A stretch of DNA of 64,000 bases from Candidatus Xenobia bacterium (GCA_045863235.1 BTUM01000001.1:128001-192000), one strand, 5' to 3'. Positions 39,301 through 47,348 are shown, counted from the stretch's first letter. Program-made: numbers and translations. The notes: a model not told the origin generated them from the sequence alone.

Positions 39301-39393
39301 GGCGCTCTCGGTGGACTTCTCCATGTCTCGGAGTTGGCTGACCGCCTTGCCCGTGAGAACATCGAAGACGGCTTCAAGCCGGAATACTGCCAT
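36379..39393 (-). CDS. Tail tape measure protein
   Basis: 1004-aa Ala/Leu-rich helical protein after the tail chaperones; LKRLGVELDQFG and AMDLL TMP-type segments. Confidence 0.9.
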   Translation of the reverse strand: MAVFRLEAVFDVLTGKAVSQLRDMEKSTESAAAKVKRLEQQLEKTRAVADRKAAQIAKLEKAVAAGGTGAEKAAAKLDKMRKSLEDTQARAGQLSSQLGAARSQMNSFGGQLERVSAMALRFAGPAVLGALSAALIKLGADAVVFGTQLHDAMARFRSQTGASAGEAKRFEGALISLHRNNTNSIEALGGALQAMRREFRDIGNDLVPVTQAFLDFAKVHQTDVRENINTTRDLLDAWGLSTEQVQPILDRLTVAARASGASVDQLGTTLQRGQGVFAAAGLSFDESLALLTQFDVSNSEAALKGLTNMMGALREPTDKQASALKRLGVELDQFGRPVNGARSVLAALFRTFGEGKGSAAQMDAAMDLLSKKVANDFVRGIRQGKGEFEGLLATFSDSAGATKQAAAAWDEQFGERWELLKRKHFDPSIAGMGQGFLMLSTWLLDLVDKALTAIGQIGQALGHMATELEGTFTQLFGGVQDLFVGLVAVIKGALADLLDSLAVAMDQLPGLVKDQLGTLQQDTQKVAGLLRQGNQQDLARGEQGGNRFFEGLKGVGRLVTGNTFLDALVKTENAKTPTPEIAGPKSDATPLQAPGKVAQADDSDALAARQRQRTQDALKDLEFFVARKRALHELSTQQELALLEQVLQSRKFGQTQLVLEKDEERKLELDIARLRGQLLKEAEGERKKQADERKKAADAAKKLESDLAIEVVRLTQGETAAKIAELDRQKAEYLKVAQDKALVEAWYHGERKKLEDEANKELLDKRKDLTKQLEDATLQAEGKEREIKVRAILETVQKAREAGVDEETIARFVAAEKKKLLDQEKADVQSTVDAEKAARRSLLGSREQTTGGVYDPGDVAGAFANFGAPSDSFTGFASSKRAATGKSGDLTDAQVSGALDGALTSAGNLTAPKLPVPDLSAPANAAVGAAAKGASFSPINQRAAAEAAAQAGKPKLEVVLSGGVVVEGELLGPDGEKATIQGFLDSTGMQARLMGDAPAIPGLA

Positions 39394-39783
39394 CGCCGTC
39401 TCCTTTCTCTCTCACGAACAGGCGCCGGTAGCTGGCCATAGCGGCGTGATACTCGGCATTGAGGTCGGCGTCGGGCTCGTCGAGCAAACCCCAGGTGCGC
39501 AGCCAATCACGCTCGCGCTGGATGGGCTTGCGCCAATGAGCGAAGTGTTCCATCCAGGCGCCGAACGCCAACAGACGCCTGGCCTGACGGGCCTCCACGA
39601 GCGCCTGCTGGCGTGCGACACGCAGGCGCTCAAGCAACTCGGCGTAGGGTGTCTCCCTCAGCCAGTCTTGTCGGGTGCCCCCGTAGCGAGACTGGAGAAG
39701 GTCGAGAGCCAGCCAGAGGCCATCTCGCCCAACCTCGCCAGGAGGCCCCGTCCGCTCGCCTCCCCCAGCAGGCCGAAAAAAAA
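39374..39783 (-). CDS. Tail assembly chaperone gpT-like segment (reached by -1 frameshift)
   Basis: Open -1 frame continuing from a T8 run (plus-strand A8, 39776-39783) inside the gpG-like gene to a stop at 39374. Confidence 0.75.
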
Positions 39784-40113
39784 GGCTTGCACATCCGGGT
39801 GCCTGGCCAGCGCACGCCCGCACTCCAACTGCACCGGAAGCGGGAAGAGCTCCGGGTCCTGGAACTCGGGGACGGGGACTTGAAGCACGTCAGCGAGCCA
39901 CTCCGCCAGTAGCTCACGGGTGGCAGGCAATCCCAGGAGGAGCGCGGCCGCGAAGGTCTCGACGGAAGAATCGACCCCCCGCAGCCGCGTGTTCAGCTCG
40001 CTCGAGCCCCGGCCGAGAGCCTCCTGGAGGATCTCAGCCAGGTCGTAGAGGTCGTCATAACCCAGGCGACGGAGCCGGTGGCTCCGCCCCTGGGCGTCAG
40101 TCACTGTCAGCAT
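39658..40113 (-). CDS. Tail assembly chaperone gpG-like
   Basis: 151 aa between the major tail protein and tape measure genes; contains slippery TTT TTT TTC (AFFF). Confidence 0.8.
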   Translation of the reverse strand: MLTVTDAQGRSHRLRRLGYDDLYDLAEILQEALGRGSSELNTRLRGVDSSVETFAAALLLGLPATRELLAEWLADVLQVPVPEFQDPELFPLPVQLECGRALARHPDVQAFFFGLLGEASGRGLLARLGEMASGWLSTFSSLATGAPDKTG

Positions 40114-40790
40114 CAGCTACCAGAGCCAGCGTTCTTGGGCAGGAAGAAGTGGATGGGCTGGTCGAGCGGAGCCGTCAGGGGCGAGCTACCTCGGAGCTCG
40201 AGCTGGAGCCCCACGGCGTTCCCGTCCTGCGTTTTGAACGAGGTCGAGTTGATGGCGATGGCGTTCTCGAGCACGACGATCACCGGCAGCACCACGTCGC
40301 CGTCATTGACCGAGGCGGCGATGGCGATGTTCGGGATGTAGTCGCCCTCTACCACGGCCAGGCGCGGGGTAATCTCGTCGTAGCTGCTCCACTCGTCCTT
40401 GTCGGACGAGCCCAATGCGATCTGGAGGGTATCGGGGTCGCGCACCTCGAGCACGGTCACCACGATGATCCCCTGAGCAGTGTCGCGCTTGTCGAGCCCC
40501 ATCACAGGGCCCCGCAAGCCGTCGATGGGCCCGATCTGACTGATGGGCGCCTCGAAGCGAGCCTCGGCTCCTTCTCTGGTCGCTCCAAACGCCCGCGGGG
40601 CCACCAGGTTGCCGGCGGCGCTGGTCCAGGTGTTGTCCGGATCGATGGCGTCGGCCCAGTCGTTGACGTCGAATCCGGCCAGGCTGCGCAGCTCGGCCAG
40701 GTTGATGTTGACGAACGCGGCGCCAGCGTGCAGCACCATGTTCTGAGGCGACACGGCCCGGAAGCCCGTGATGCCAGTGACGATACTCAT
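40113..40790 (-). CDS. Major tail (tube) protein ending in GSGS
   Basis: 225 aa; FGATREGAE-type motif, canonical position, GAGGAG RBS; C-terminus PKNAGSGS. Confidence 0.8.
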   Translation of the reverse strand: MSIVTGITGFRAVSPQNMVLHAGAAFVNINLAELRSLAGFDVNDWADAIDPDNTWTSAAGNLVAPRAFGATREGAEARFEAPISQIGPIDGLRGPVMGLDKRDTAQGIIVVTVLEVRDPDTLQIALGSSDKDEWSSYDEITPRLAVVEGDYIPNIAIAASVNDGDVVLPVIVVLENAIAINSTSFKTQDGNAVGLQLELRGSSPLTAPLDQPIHFFLPKNAGSGS

Positions 40791-40832
40791 TTCACTGATC
40801 TCCTCTCACTCCACTCCGGCCAGGCCGGTTTT

Positions 40833-41243
40833 CTATCGGTCCTGAACGGATTGCACCAGCGACCAGTCGTACGCCACGACCGAGAACTCCAGGGCAATCC
40901 GGTGAACATTTTGGGCGTCGGTGGCCACCTGGGCGGAGCGCGTGAACCAGTAGTTTGCAGGTGTCCCGGTGGCAAGCATCAGTCGCTGATAAGCCAGCAA
41001 TGCCTTCACACGCTCAGAAATCGCCTCGGCCCTGTCGGCGTTGGGCGAGTAATCCCAGATGTCCAGCTTATGAGAGCCTGAGAGCAACGGTGCTCCCCGC
41101 AATTCCAGCACATGGACGATGTAGGGCATCGGGGCGTTCCGTCGAGCCATCTTGCTGTACAGGTTGACCTGCTCCCCAAACAGCTCGATGAGTTGCTCGT
41201 CCTCTGTCAGCAGCGCATCGAAGGCATCGATGACGATCTTCAC
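40833..41243 (-). CDS. Tail terminator-like protein
   Basis: 136 aa with APMPYIV...KLDIWD pattern; lies before the major tail gene. Confidence 0.65.
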   Translation of the reverse strand: MKIVIDAFDALLTEDEQLIELFGEQVNLYSKMARRNAPMPYIVHVLELRGAPLLSGSHKLDIWDYSPNADRAEAISERVKALLAYQRLMLATGTPANYWFTRSAQVATDAQNVHRIALEFSVVAYDWSLVQSVQDR

Positions 41244-41635
41244 CTGAGCCTGTCGACCTGACTCCAGGGGGCATGGAGAATCCCCTCCACCTGGGTCTCG
41301 ACTTCAGCTAGCGCCTGTTCGAGGAAGGGCCGCTCGTCAGACACGGCCAGAGCAGCCGGGTGGTCTGTGCCCACAGTAACCTCGCCTTGCCCCGCCTTCA
41401 CCCGGAAGCTTTCCTGCAGCTTACCGGTGCGCCGAGCTGGCCACTCACCGGGAGCTGAAGCGGTGTAGGTCTGGTCTGTCCCGGGGATCTTGTAGGTGTG
41501 CCCCGAGCGTGGACCATCCAGTCCCTCTTTGACCGTGGATAGGATAGCTGAGGCCACCTCAGCCTCTTTAGCCCTCGCGTCCGCCTCGAGCGCCTTCTCC
41601 AGAGCCAGGAAGTGGTTCGTGATTTTAACTGCCAC
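41240..41635 (-). CDS. HK97 gp10-like tail completion protein
   Basis: SAPGEWPARRTGKLQES and ERPFLEQA motifs; GTG 41635. Confidence 0.75.
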   Translation of the reverse strand: MAVKITNHFLALEKALEADARAKEAEVASAILSTVKEGLDGPRSGHTYKIPGTDQTYTASAPGEWPARRTGKLQESFRVKAGQGEVTVGTDHPAALAVSDERPFLEQALAEVETQVEGILHAPWSQVDRLR

Positions 41636-41999
41636 TGCCGCCTCCGAGTTCGGGAATTGGAATGCCGTCATCCGTGATGTCGCGAGTCTGGATGATTGTC
41701 CAAGCCGCACGGGCCCCCTTTGGGGAGTAGGTGGCGGTCGTGGGCCGCAGGATTCTCTCGCCCCAGGCGAACAGGGTGCGGTCGTATCTGAACTCTCGCC
41801 GGCCCCTGAAGCGCAGCGTGTGCGTAGGCTCGGCGTCCTGCTTACCATAGGCGGCACGAGCGCTCACGTCCACCTCCAGGACCGACGCCCACCAGGTGCC
41901 CACCAGGTCCCAGTGCTCCTCTTCCCCCGTTGCGACGCGCACGCTGGTGAGGGCATACTCAGATACCCGCTGGTCCAGGGCCGCACAGGAGACACTCAC
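41625..41999 (-). CDS. Head closure (head-tail adaptor) protein ending in GSGS
   Basis: TGEEEHW...WWASV...THTLRFRG pattern; GTG overlaps the connector stop; C-terminus ELGGGSGS. Confidence 0.7.
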   Translation of the reverse strand: MSVSCAALDQRVSEYALTSVRVATGEEEHWDLVGTWWASVLEVDVSARAAYGKQDAEPTHTLRFRGRREFRYDRTLFAWGERILRPTTATYSPKGARAAWTIIQTRDITDDGIPIPELGGGSGS

Positions 42000-42331
42000 A
42001 GTCGGGGCTTCCAGCCTCGAGTCAGACCTGAGTAATCGCGCTGGGACCAATTCACAAATCCGAGCTGGTTCACTTGCTCGATCTGGAGACCGTCCGGCCG
42101 GTGCTCGTAGTCTCTGGATACCTGTTGCAGTAGCCAACGCTCGACCCAATTGGGGATCGGAAGGTCTTCCCCGTCGGCGTTCTGGAACGCGTTGCCCATG
42201 TAGGCGTCGGCGTCTTCTTTCGCGGCGTCCAAGAGTAGCTGGAGGAGCGCGTCCTCGTCGCTGGATTCTACCTTTGCGTAGAGCTTGACCGTCTCGAGAG
42301 TTACCGTGCTCCGGTCTACAACGGCTCCCAT
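41996..42331 (-). CDS. Head-tail connector (gp6/gp15-like)
   Basis: VTLETVKLYAKVESSDEDALLQLLLDAAKE...YEHR motif. Confidence 0.85.
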   Translation of the reverse strand: MGAVVDRSTVTLETVKLYAKVESSDEDALLQLLLDAAKEDADAYMGNAFQNADGEDLPIPNWVERWLLQQVSRDYEHRPDGLQIEQVNQLGFVNWSQRDYSGLTRGWKPRL

Positions 42332-43668
42332 CAGGCGCCACCGTGCATGCGAGTCAGATGCCCGCGCAGTGATGCGGCGCTCGGGAATTGCCTGTCACAC
42401 TGCCCACAGGAAAAGCCTTCCTTGACCTCGGCCGGAGCCACCACTTTCGCTTCGGTCGTTTCAAGAGGAGCGATCCTCGCCAGCCCGCGATTCTCAAACC
42501 ATCTCACGCGCTGAGGCAAGTCATAACCTGTGTAGATTCGTTTCCACCCACCGCGCGAGAGTACACAGTTTGGATAGAACTCGGCATTCTTTGGAATGCG
42601 ACCTTCCGGCGCAACAAACGTCTGGTTTGCGATCATTCGGACTGAGGCCGGATTCTGCGGTTTCTCGTGTTCAGGCACAGTCAAGACCTCCAGGATGGCG
42701 TTCACAGCCCGCACGGTAGCGTGTCTGTCGGTGTACTTGTAGACCCGGGCCACAGCCCGTTTCCTGGCTTCCTGCTGGGTTTCAAAGTCCTCGAGAGCCA
42801 GGGCGACTCCGTCTACCAAGTGGTCCGGGTTAGCAACCTGGACGCCCACCGTAGCGCATTCCCAGAAGCGCAAGCCGTGGTGAATGTTTCGTCGGTAGTG
42901 AGGGCTGTTCAGCACCACTACCGGTCTCCCGGCCGAGGCGAATTCGAACAATGTCGATGAATTGTCACAGATGTAGCAGTCGGCTCGTTCGAGCACCTCG
43001 TCAAAATCCGCCAGCACCTCGACTCCGGCGGCCTGATAATGCGGCCGCAACTGCTCAATGATTCGCGGGTGGCCATGGCCGATGAGTGTCCAACGGGGGT
43101 CTGTCGCCAGATCAGAGAGGGCGCCGCGAAAGTGCTCCCAGGCACTTCTGGTTTCCGGCACGATCCGGCAGTCCCAGTGAAAGGACATTGCAACCACGGG
43201 GCGCTGGGGGCGTTTCCAGGGAGGAGCCGGGTGCCAGCGGTCGAGCTTTGGGCAACCCACGACCGCCACCGGTATCCCCGGATGTGCCCGCCTGTTACGC
43301 TCGGCCGGGTGGTCCCCGGGCACGAGGAAGAGTCGGACCCCCAGACGCCCCTCGCCGCCGGCGTAGCTCGAGTGTGCACTCGAGTAGCTCTGGCCGGCAC
43401 CGTGCTCGGAGAAAATGGTTGGATGGTGGGCCTGCTGAGCCACCTTGAGGTCGCGAAAGCTGCTGACCAGGACTGAGCTTGCCGGCGTCAGCACTTTCCC
43501 GACGACGCTCGATCGCTCAAATGCTACGGACTCGATGCCCTTGCTTTTGGCGTACTCGACCAGGTGCCCTGGGACCAGGAAGACTCCCTTCCTTTCGACA
43601 GGGAAGGCATTCCAGATCGGCCTCAGGTGGTCAAGAAAATGCCGCTCGGAAGCCACGCAATCCAGCAT
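42331..43668 (-). CDS. CDP-glycerol glycerophosphotransferase (TagF)-like GT-B protein fused to a C-terminal C2H2 zinc-finger domain
   Basis: VGCPKLD, HGHPR and ADCYICDNSSTLFEFASAGRPVV motifs; ends CGQCDRQFPSAASLRGHLTRMH. Confidence 0.7.
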   Translation of the reverse strand: MLDCVASERHFLDHLRPIWNAFPVERKGVFLVPGHLVEYAKSKGIESVAFERSSVVGKVLTPASSVLVSSFRDLKVAQQAHHPTIFSEHGAGQSYSSAHSSYAGGEGRLGVRLFLVPGDHPAERNRRAHPGIPVAVVGCPKLDRWHPAPPWKRPQRPVVAMSFHWDCRIVPETRSAWEHFRGALSDLATDPRWTLIGHGHPRIIEQLRPHYQAAGVEVLADFDEVLERADCYICDNSSTLFEFASAGRPVVVLNSPHYRRNIHHGLRFWECATVGVQVANPDHLVDGVALALEDFETQQEARKRAVARVYKYTDRHATVRAVNAILEVLTVPEHEKPQNPASVRMIANQTFVAPEGRIPKNAEFYPNCVLSRGGWKRIYTGYDLPQRVRWFENRGLARIAPLETTEAKVVAPAEVKEGFSCGQCDRQFPSAASLRGHLTRMHGGA

Positions 43669-45194
43669 CAGTAGTTGTTTCCGGCTCGCTCCGCCCCGAT
43701 ATGAGTGACCAGTTCCTCGCCGTGCCCCCAGTAGGCCATCCGATTGGCTGGGTCGCGGTTCAGCACGTCGGTGTAGCCTCGCTCGCTGGATTTCACATCA
43801 GGCCAGGGCGTCTCACAAAGGGAGCGCCTGAAGAGACTCGGGTTGCACGTCCAGTAGAGACGATGTTCCAGCCAGCGCGCACCGTCCACCTCGCACTTGG
43901 TGTAGGCCTCAGGATGCTCGGCGATAATGCTGCCGGCAGCCAGCTCGCGAGGATAGTAGGGGTGTCGCAGGAGCGCGAGCTGGCTCAGATGTGGCTGGTC
44001 CTGCAGAATGTCGATCATCCGGTCGAGATCGATGGGCACGTCAAACGTGAAGTCGTCCTCGGTCTGGAACACGTAACCCGAATTGCAGCGCCGTCGCAGG
44101 TAGCTCCACATCGCTCGCATCGAACCCGTGTAGCCGAGCCGCTCGGCCGGGCCGACCACGTAGAACCCGAATCTCCCGAATTGCTCCATGAGCCACTGCT
44201 TGTAGGCTGCGTCTCCCGAATCGTCGTAGAACACGCGGCGCACGATGGGGCCCCGCACTTGCTCGACCAGGCTGGGGACGGCCCGTGCGATGTATTCGCG
44301 TCGCCTATCCGTGTGCACCACTACTGTCACGCCACGGTTGACTGCCTTCCAATCGTCGACCAGTTCCCGCAGGGTGGGCCACTTGCCCGTCCACTCGGAG
44401 CCGCCGAGCTGGGCTTCGGCAGCTGTGCTCTCGCGCTCGAGGTTGGCGATGTCTCTGGCCAGGTCTTCCTTGGGCGGCCAGGTGTCCTCGCGCTCCGTCT
44501 GACCCATGTCCCGGCGCAGGGCCACCATGTAGCGCCGGCCCAAGATCGAGTTGCGGAGGAAATCGACCTGGTAGCGCCCGTTCCGCTTTCCGCGCTCCGG
44601 TGTCAGCGGGTGCCACAGGTGGAAGACATCGCCATCGATCCGCTCGTGTCCGTGTAGGCCGCAGACCGCAGACTGGAACGCCATGTCCTCCCAGCCCCAT
44701 CCACGAAAACGCTCGTCGAAGCCGCCCAAGTCATCCCAGACCGGCCGCGGCACGACGAAGCAGCAGCTCCAACTGAGCGGGTTCGTTTTCTCCACCAGAT
44801 GGTCAAGGTCAGCGCCGTCCAGGCCCTGGGCGAGCAAGCCGGCCTGGTCGCGCACCAGGCGATCGGTCGAGGCTCGGTCCAACCCCCGCCAGCGTCGGAA
44901 GGCCCAGGTGACCCGCCCGGTCGTCCGAGCCCGCTTGAGCGCTGCCTCCAGCTGACCGACCGGAATGAAGATGTCGCTGTCGATGATGACTGCGAAGTGC
45001 CAGCGCCCGTCCCTGTCCGCCGCCCGAGCCGCCCGATTGATCGCAGCTGAGCGGTTGAAGGGCCCGCGGTCATGGTGTCCCTCGTAGACCCTGAGCTTCG
45101 GGTGAAGGAGCGCCCAGCGCTTCTTGAGGCGTTCCCAAATCAAGTCGCGCTCAGGGATGCCCGCGCGCCGCGGGCAGAGGATAACAATCCGCAT
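43668..45194 (-). CDS. Bifunctional glycosyltransferase (two GT-A domains)
   Basis: Domain 1: FNRSAAIN, IIDSD (DxD), GGFDERFRGWGWED, FHLWH. Domain 2: YDDSGD, FQTEDDF, WTCNPSL, THIG. Confidence 0.85.
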   Translation of the reverse strand: MRIVILCPRRAGIPERDLIWERLKKRWALLHPKLRVYEGHHDRGPFNRSAAINRAARAADRDGRWHFAVIIDSDIFIPVGQLEAALKRARTTGRVTWAFRRWRGLDRASTDRLVRDQAGLLAQGLDGADLDHLVEKTNPLSWSCCFVVPRPVWDDLGGFDERFRGWGWEDMAFQSAVCGLHGHERIDGDVFHLWHPLTPERGKRNGRYQVDFLRNSILGRRYMVALRRDMGQTEREDTWPPKEDLARDIANLERESTAAEAQLGGSEWTGKWPTLRELVDDWKAVNRGVTVVVHTDRRREYIARAVPSLVEQVRGPIVRRVFYDDSGDAAYKQWLMEQFGRFGFYVVGPAERLGYTGSMRAMWSYLRRRCNSGYVFQTEDDFTFDVPIDLDRMIDILQDQPHLSQLALLRHPYYPRELAAGSIIAEHPEAYTKCEVDGARWLEHRLYWTCNPSLFRRSLCETPWPDVKSSERGYTDVLNRDPANRMAYWGHGEELVTHIGAERAGNNY

Positions 45195-45940
45195 TAGACC
45201 TCCCGGAAGGCTCGCAGGATCTCGAGCAGGGCCTCCTGCTTGGCCCGCACTTGGGCCTGGTCGGCCAAGCGCCAGCCCGGACGGATAGTCTCCCCGAACG
45301 AACTGGCGTAGTCTCGAAACTTGAACCCGTCTCCGAGCACGCCGGGGTGAGGGTCCCACCAGTTCTCGATTCCCAGTGAATCTGCCAGGATGATCCCGTG
45401 CAGACTCGAGGACACGATTCGCCGACAGCGGGCCGCGGCGGTCACCACCTGGTCGACGCCAGCGAGGACGTCGATCTCAAGCACGGTCTCGCGTCGGCCG
45501 GGGTCGACCTCGATCGAGCGCACTTTGTAGTCCCCAGGGTTTCCGCGATGGTCGACGTAGTGACGGATGAATCCGACGTCGACATCCGGCCTGGGCCGCT
45601 CGTGGAGCAACAGGCCGGCCAGGAGCCCAGGGTCGGCCAGCACAGGTGGAGGATTCTCCGGGCTCAGGCGCACCCGCTCGAGCGTAAGCCTCCCACGCAG
45701 GGCGAGCACACGGGAGCAGGTCAGGTCCCGGCGGGATTCATCGAACATCAGCCCGCTGCCCAGCACGGTGCCGGCCCACCCGTCAGGGACCGCCTCCAGC
45801 ACCGACCCCACAGCCACCAGGTGCGCGTCTGGCACCTCGGCCCATTCTGGCTCGATCCCCGCAATGCGAGAAAGGAGCACCCTGGTAAGGGCGTCGCCAA
45901 AGTTGGCTCCTCCAGCGTACTGGTCCCAGAAAGCTCTCAT
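45194..45940 (-). CDS. Polysaccharide pyruvyl transferase (ExoV-like)
   Basis: NFGDAL, AVGSVL, LALRGRLT, ADPGLL, SSSLHGIILADSLGI and FKFRDY motifs. Confidence 0.85.
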   Translation of the reverse strand: MRAFWDQYAGGANFGDALTRVLLSRIAGIEPEWAEVPDAHLVAVGSVLEAVPDGWAGTVLGSGLMFDESRRDLTCSRVLALRGRLTLERVRLSPENPPPVLADPGLLAGLLLHERPRPDVDVGFIRHYVDHRGNPGDYKVRSIEVDPGRRETVLEIDVLAGVDQVVTAAARCRRIVSSSLHGIILADSLGIENWWDPHPGVLGDGFKFRDYASSFGETIRPGWRLADQAQVRAKQEALLEILRAFREV

Positions 45941-45960
45941 GGTCTCAACATTCCCATCTC

Positions 45961-45990
45961 AAAATGGGGCCCCCGGTTGGAGGCCCCACG
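45961..45990 (-). terminator. Hairpin/terminator after the major capsid gene
   Basis: Minus strand reads TGGGGCCTCC-AACC-GGGGGCCCCA-TTTT. Confidence 0.7.
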
Positions 45991-46005
45991 TTCAAAGGGG
46001 ACCGA

Positions 46006-47256
46006 TTATGAGCCGGAGCCCGTGTAGCTGCCGGTGATGATGAGTTCGGGAATCTGGTGGGCGATGTATACCCCCTCGTCACCGAACAACAGCAACTTGC
46101 CAGACAGCGCAAAATCGCTGTGCTGGTTGAAGATCTGCACGCTCACCTCTTCCAGGTCATAGAAGGTTGAGGACTGGTAGAGGTCGCCAGTCACGAACTG
46201 GCCCTGGTCGATTGCGCTGGTGGGAAACACAGGAACTTGCCACATGACCTTCTGGCCATTGACCTGGACCTGAGCCCAGATGTAGCGATCCTGGCTGTCC
46301 TTCTGGAGCTCCATCTCCTCCCAGTCCTCGTGATTCACGATGTAGACGGTGGGGAGGGTGGGCAGTTCCACCAGATGAAGCATCGTCTGGGCGCGGCGCA
46401 GCGCGTCGATCTTGGTGTCGCCAGCCTGGTGGCGGTTGTAGGTCTGTCGCCCGCTGACCTGGGTGAAACCCTTCAGGCTCGCAGAAGACCCGGCGATCAG
46501 GAGCGTGTCCTCCTTGTGGTAGATGCCGTTGACCATGCGGTTCTCGGTGAAGTTCTCCACGGTGGGCATGTCGCGGGCCTGCTCCTTGGTGAGGACCAGG
46601 CCGTGGCTGACCTGAGTCGAGGCCACCGAAGACTTGTCGAAGCTGATCTCGGAGAGTGCGGCCTCGGCTCCCTCAGCACGCTCGGCTGCCGCGTTGGTGT
46701 AGCCCGTCTCTACCACGAACTCAAGCTGAGCTTTCGTCGTCCGCACGACATTCAGGACGTCGCGCAAGTGCATTTGCCGCAAACGAGGGGGGGCGTAGAT
46801 GCGCTGGTCGAGCATGGTCGAAAGGACGTCGCGGGCGTCGCCTGGGTCGAGCGCCTTCTTTTCGGGCCAGATCCGGCCAAGCTTGACCGGCTCCATCGAA
46901 ACAGCTGACTTGTTCTCCAGGAACTTGCGGTACGTCTCCGACTCGGTGAGTCGCTTTCCGATTGACTTCGTCTGGCCGTCTCCGTGGACCACGGTGCGGT
47001 TGAGCTTGGCCTCGATGTCATCCAGGCGGCTCTTCTGCTCGACAGCAGTTTCATGGGCCCTTTTGATCTCGCTCTGGATATCCTCGGCGGTCTTGTTGTA
47101 GCGTTCCTCGAGCGCGGCGATCGACTTGCTGGTCGAGCTGGTCGTGCCCCCCAGCTTCTTGATCTCCTCGTTCTGCTTTTTCAGCTCCTCCTTGAGGGCT
47201 GTCTGCACGGACTTGAACTCGCTGCCCAGCTGGGCCAGTGCGTCGTTCGTCTTCAC
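46006..47256 (-). CDS. Major capsid protein (HK97 fold, N-terminal delta-like coiled coil) ending in GSGS
   Basis: Follows portal and protease; AAERAEGAE and VNHEDWEEMELQKDSQDRYIW motifs; AAAGGAG RBS; C-terminus TGSYTGSGS. Confidence 0.9.
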   Translation of the reverse strand: MKTNDALAQLGSEFKSVQTALKEELKKQNEEIKKLGGTTSSTSKSIAALEERYNKTAEDIQSEIKRAHETAVEQKSRLDDIEAKLNRTVVHGDGQTKSIGKRLTESETYRKFLENKSAVSMEPVKLGRIWPEKKALDPGDARDVLSTMLDQRIYAPPRLRQMHLRDVLNVVRTTKAQLEFVVETGYTNAAAERAEGAEAALSEISFDKSSVASTQVSHGLVLTKEQARDMPTVENFTENRMVNGIYHKEDTLLIAGSSASLKGFTQVSGRQTYNRHQAGDTKIDALRRAQTMLHLVELPTLPTVYIVNHEDWEEMELQKDSQDRYIWAQVQVNGQKVMWQVPVFPTSAIDQGQFVTGDLYQSSTFYDLEEVSVQIFNQHSDFALSGKLLLFGDEGVYIAHQIPELIITGSYTGSGS

Positions 47257-47289
47257 TGCTGTTCTCCTTTCTTACCCAGCCCGGGCATC

Positions 47290-47319
47290 AAAAAGACCAC
47301 CGGTTTCCGGTGGTCAAAA
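47290..47319 (-). terminator. Terminator-like hairpin between protease and capsid genes
   Basis: Minus strand reads GACCACCGG-AAA-CCGGTGGTC-TTTTT. Confidence 0.6.
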
Positions 47320-47348
47320 CTCTTGCTTGTGGACTTTTCGTGGGATGC

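Noticed and set aside
42331..45940. Glycosyltransferases as classical Gtr serotype-conversion or DNA-hypermodification genes
   Set aside because: No flippase or membrane GT, not near att, no hydroxymethylase-type gene in the window, and coupled inside the head operon. Disfavoured rather than excluded.
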